Of a DNA stretch of 64,000 bases, positions 60,325-64,000 are shown in pieces. Origin of the DNA: a virus (Duplodnaviria; Caudoviricetes); the IMG/VR virus record IMGVR_UViG_3300026549_000043, positions 64,001-128,000 of that record; one strand, written 5' to 3'. Numbering within the stretch: position 1 is the stretch's first letter; every line of letters begins with the position of its first letter. The notes beneath the pieces were generated by a model. That model did not search any database. It had not been told where the DNA came from and saw nothing but the letters and a program-made list of their open reading frames with translations. The position numbers and the translations under genes are program-made.

Positions 60325-61140
60325 ATGAGAGGTGTTCTTATGTTAGATCATGGTCTTGGATGTATTTGTAGTCCTACTGATGTTAGAGATTATAAATTAG
60401 CTAGGTCATCAGTTTCTTCAGTAGAGTTGCCTGAATCTTTTGAATGTGAAAAAAGAAGTAGAGTTAAAGATCAGAGGTCAGTTGGATCTTGTGTAGCTCA
60501 TGCTGCTAGCTCAATATTAGAATATCATTATTCTCCTAATAATAGATTATCTACTAATTTTATTTATGGAATACATTATAAATTATTCGGGTCAGAAGGT
60601 CCTGGAGTTAGTCTAAGGGAAGCTTGTAAGATTATTTCTAAATATGGTGACCCTGAATTAAAATATTGTCCAGGTAATACTGAAGTAGAAAAAGTTTATG
60701 ATTTAGCAGAAGAGTGTTTTGATAATCCTGAGGCTATGGAAAACGCCTCTAAATATAAAATAGATAATTATGTAAAATTATTAAGTGATAAAGATATTAA
60801 ATATTCTATTTTTAATTACGGACCGGTATTAGCTGCTATAGAATGATTTGATTATAATGGCTGTGATTTTAAAGGTAAGCTAATAAAAAATGGTATATCT
60901 GAAGGTTACCATGCTATTATTATATATGGGTGAAATAAGGATGGATGGCTATGTCAAAATTCATGGGGTATAACTTGAGGAAAGTCCGGATATTTTATTC
61001 TCCCTTATGATTATAAAATAAGAGAAAGTTATTCATTTGTGCCATCTTCATCTTTTGAAGAATTAGAAGTCCCAAAAAGAAATTCTTTCTTAGATGTATT
61101 TTATAAGATTATTAATTGGATTTTAAATTTTTGGGGGTAA
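60325..61140 (+). CDS. papain-like C1 cysteine peptidase (three TGA=Trp)
   Basis: DQRSVGSCVAHA; HAIIIYG[W]; QNSWGIT[W]GKSGY. Confidence 0.88.
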
Positions 61141-61142
61141 AA

Positions 61143-61787
61143 GTGAAGATTTGTATTGGAATTATTAGTTATTTACCAGATAACCAAGACATCAAATTAA
61201 AACGTTTATCAAAGTTAAATAATTTAATTTCAAGCTGTGATAGGCTTTTTAAATTACCAATAATTATCATTTCTCAAAATTGAAATGAAGTTAAATTAAA
61301 TAAATTAAATGATTCAAAGTTAATTATATATAACTATAAAAACCCATTAGGTATTACTAAGGCTAGAAAAGAATTAAGGAAAAAATTTTTGTCTTCTGAA
61401 TATGACTATCTAATAATGTTAGACGACGATAGTGAATTAACTGGTACCCCTGAAGGTGCTCAGGGATATTTAGATCAAATTTATGAACACCCAGATATGT
61501 ATGGAGTTTTTAAATCAATGTTATTAAAATTATTTGCTATATCAAGGACGGTTTATCAATTAGTTGATTTTCCTGATTTAGAAGCCGGAAAAGGTGAATT
61601 TTTTGAAGATATGTATTTAATAATGTCTCTGAATAAAAAATATCCAGATAAAAAATTTATTTTTAAAAGATATGGAATAAATGAAAGTTCGAATTCTTCA
61701 AGTGACCCATTATCTACTTGGTATCATAAACAATTCATAAAAAGAAATATGGGTGATAGAACTCGTGAACTAGTGAGGAATCTTTAA
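61143..61787 (+). CDS. GT-A fold (GT2-like) glycosyltransferase
   Basis: GTG start, TGA 61281; LGITKARK, YDYLIMLDDD, FED. Confidence 0.7.
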
Positions 61788-61788
61788 G

Positions 61789-62448
61789 ATGTTAAGAAAG
61801 TGTATTGGAATAATAAGTTATTTCCCTGATGATTTAAAAGAGATACGGGAATCAGATTTAAATAATTTATTAAGAGATTGTTCTACTTATTTCCCATGAG
61901 TTGATGTTATTATTGTAGCTCAAAATTATAAAGGGTACATCCCTAAGTCTAATAAAAATAGAATAATTTTATATTCTTATAAAGATAAACTGGGAATCAC
62001 TGGTGCTAGAAAAAAGTTAAGAGAAATATTTATTAATTCTGAGTATGATTATCTAATAATGATGGATGACGACAATCAAATACTTGGAAATACTAATAAT
62101 AATCTATTAGAAGTTTTAGAGAATAACCCAGATAAATTTATTTGTTTCAATTGAGATTTTGGGCAATTATATTTATTTACCATTTCAAAATCACTTTTTA
62201 AAAAAGTTGAATACCCAGAGTTAACTGCAGAGAATGGAGAAATCTTCGAAGACTTGTATTTATCTCAGATATGTAAAGCTTTATGCCCTAATTATATCGA
62301 TTCTAAAGAAATAAATATTACTAGTAAAACTAGTGGTGATAAAAGTACTTGGTGGAATAATTCTTATAACTTAAAAAGAATGGTAGCTAATACTTATAAA
62401 TTAATTGATAGTGATTTAAAAAATAAATATGGAACAATTAAAAAATAG
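61789..62448 (+). CDS. GT-A fold (GT2-like) glycosyltransferase, tandem paralog
   Basis: TGA 61897 and 62152; CIGIISY, LGITGARK, YDYLIMMDDD, FED. Confidence 0.7.
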
Positions 62449-62467
62449 AAGTCAGCTTCTATTTTTA
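62441..62467 (+). terminator. intrinsic terminator
   Basis: AAAATAGAAG-TCAG-CTTCTATTTTT. Confidence 0.6.
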
Positions 62468-62505
62468 TTAGCTAAATTAAATATATATAGGTTAGGAGGA
62501 AAGAT

Positions 62506-63699
62506 ATGGCTGTTGATAAAATAGATACAAAGGGATTAATCCCAACGACTAATTCATCTACTAATCAAGTAAATAGTCAAATATTTACTACTAACCAAAA
62601 TGCTAGTATGAATGTGGCTGAATCTGGAGGAACCTTTTCTTTTCTTTATGATCCAAGTATTTCTGAGCCTATTTTAGATATAAAAAATGATGATGATAAT
62701 CTTTATGTAACTAAAATATCTAACTATAATAATTTTTATTATAAACGTGGTTATCATTATAAAAATAACGCTTTCCCAAGTGGTGGCTATAGTACAGCTA
62801 TGAATATGTATTCTGATAACTGAGATAGAAGTTGGTATTCTAAACAAGGTTATAATAATGCCTCTAAATTTGATAATTATACTGTCTTAGCTAATTGTGT
62901 AGGGTGGGCCAACGCTAGAGTATTAGAAGTTTGAAATAGAGCTTTAAAGAATGGATATATAAAATATGATGCTAGTAAGCAGGGTTATTTTTTAAAGAAT
63001 GGTTCTCCAATTACTGGTAGAGTTTATGATAATGTAACAGGTAATGGCCCTACACCACCAGCTTGTAATGCCGTCAATTTTTATAAATATTGGCCAACGG
63101 CTACTGGATGGTCTAAGGGGTCTGAGCCAAAGGTAGGAGCTTTAATTGTTTGAGGAGCTCATTATAGTACTTCTGGTAACCCTGGACATGTAGCTTTTGT
63201 AGAAAAGGTAGAAGATAATGGCGATATAATTATTTCAGAATCTTCTGCTGCTAATAGTGGTATACATTGGCTGGTTCAGTTATATAAATTGAAAAAAAGT
63301 AATGGCTATACTAGATACTACGATCATGTCTTAGTAGGATTCTGTTATTCACCTGTATGTGAATTAGCTAGTAGTAATGGATATAGAACTGTTACGGAAT
63401 TCGGTGGTATTATCGAACCTACACCTGAACAAATAGAAGCTTACAATAAGGCTGTTGAAAATATTTCAGGATTAACCGTCGAAGTTGAATTTGATCCCAA
63501 CGATAAAGTTGAAATTGTATGGTTAGGTAGTAAAGATCCTAATGGAGATTTTAGTATAAAAAGCAGAGTTAATAATATGGGTGTAATTGGTATAGTCGGT
63601 AACAAAATAAATGGAGCTAAATTCCCATATCCGGTTAGACCAATTAACAGTAATTATATAATAGGCTATTACCGATGAGAAGATTTAAAACGTGTATAA
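62506..63699 (+). CDS. second CHAP-domain peptidoglycan hydrolase (397 aa, four TGA=Trp)
   Basis: NCVGWANAR, PKVGALIV[W], GHVAFVE appear only on read-through; in frame with track ORF 63289. Confidence 0.82.
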
Positions 63700-63716
63700 T
63701 ATAATGAGGTTAATAG

Positions 63717-64000
63717 ATGGCAATTAATAAAGATATAATTTTATTAGATACAGATAAAACCAAGTTATACCCACTGGCACATAAGGATAGCGGCAATAAT
63801 GTTATTGTAGATACTTATGTAAAAAAGGCCGGAGATATTATGACTGGTCCTTTAATTATAGAAGGCACTGCGGCCAGTAATCCACTGATTGTTAGAGGGA
63901 TTAGCGGCTCTGATGGTAATGGAAATCTAGGTGATTTATTTCTTAATCGAAATGGAGGAGTTACTTACTTTGGTACCTCTGGTGGGGGATATATTTCAGA
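63717..64000 (+). CDS. tail fibre-like protein (partial)
   Basis: GAGG RBS; YVKKAGDIMTGPL motif; runs off the window. Confidence 0.6.
   Translation, partial: MAINKDIILLDTDKTKLYPLAHKDSGNNVIVDTYVKKAGDIMTGPLIIEGTAASNPLIVRGISGSDGNGNLGDLFLNRNGGVTYFGTSGGGYIS

Noticed and set aside
6022-63699. TGA-interrupted genes as pseudogenes, or TGA as Gly or Sec
   Set aside because: The breaks are always TGA, keep the frame, and align with Trp in internal paralogs and family motifs.
1-64000. Suppressor tRNA or other tRNA/rRNA genes
   Set aside because: No cloverleaf or T-loop consensus was recognised by eye; a tRNAscan-SE or ARAGORN run is needed to exclude them.

Overview
This is a 64 kb AT-rich segment of a large lytic tailed phage; every credible gene is on the + strand. 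The host is probably a walled Firmicute, since the window has CHAP and M23 lysins, holins, SigA-type promoters and a lipoprotein. The supplied ORF track is fragmented because TGA is read as Trp (genetic code 4): about 30 in-frame TGAs sit at positions where Trp is conserved or expected. Layout: 0-9 kb, an array of small early ORFs joined by a shared junction motif, then a metallophosphoesterase, an NrdG-like protein and tmk. 9-14 kb, type IIA topoisomerase B and A subunits with an HNH gene between them. 15-20 kb, a gene fractured by a natural split intein with a free-standing HNH endonuclease between the halves. 22-27 kb, a nucleoside-scavenging operon (deoxyribosyltransferase, NCS2 permease, BMP lipoprotein), recA, KTSC and an iteron-like repeat. 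27-39 kb, late acidic proteins punctuated by (L/I)-x-E motifs, a split nucleotidyltransferase, and a MoxR AAA+/metallopeptidase/vWA module in which one normally single protein is cut into three ORFs with matched end motifs. 39-64 kb, collagen and Ser/Thr-rich fibres, BspA-type LRR proteins, glycosyltransferases, lysins and a papain-like protease. Two promoter classes are visible. All family calls come from motif recognition by eye; no database searches were run.
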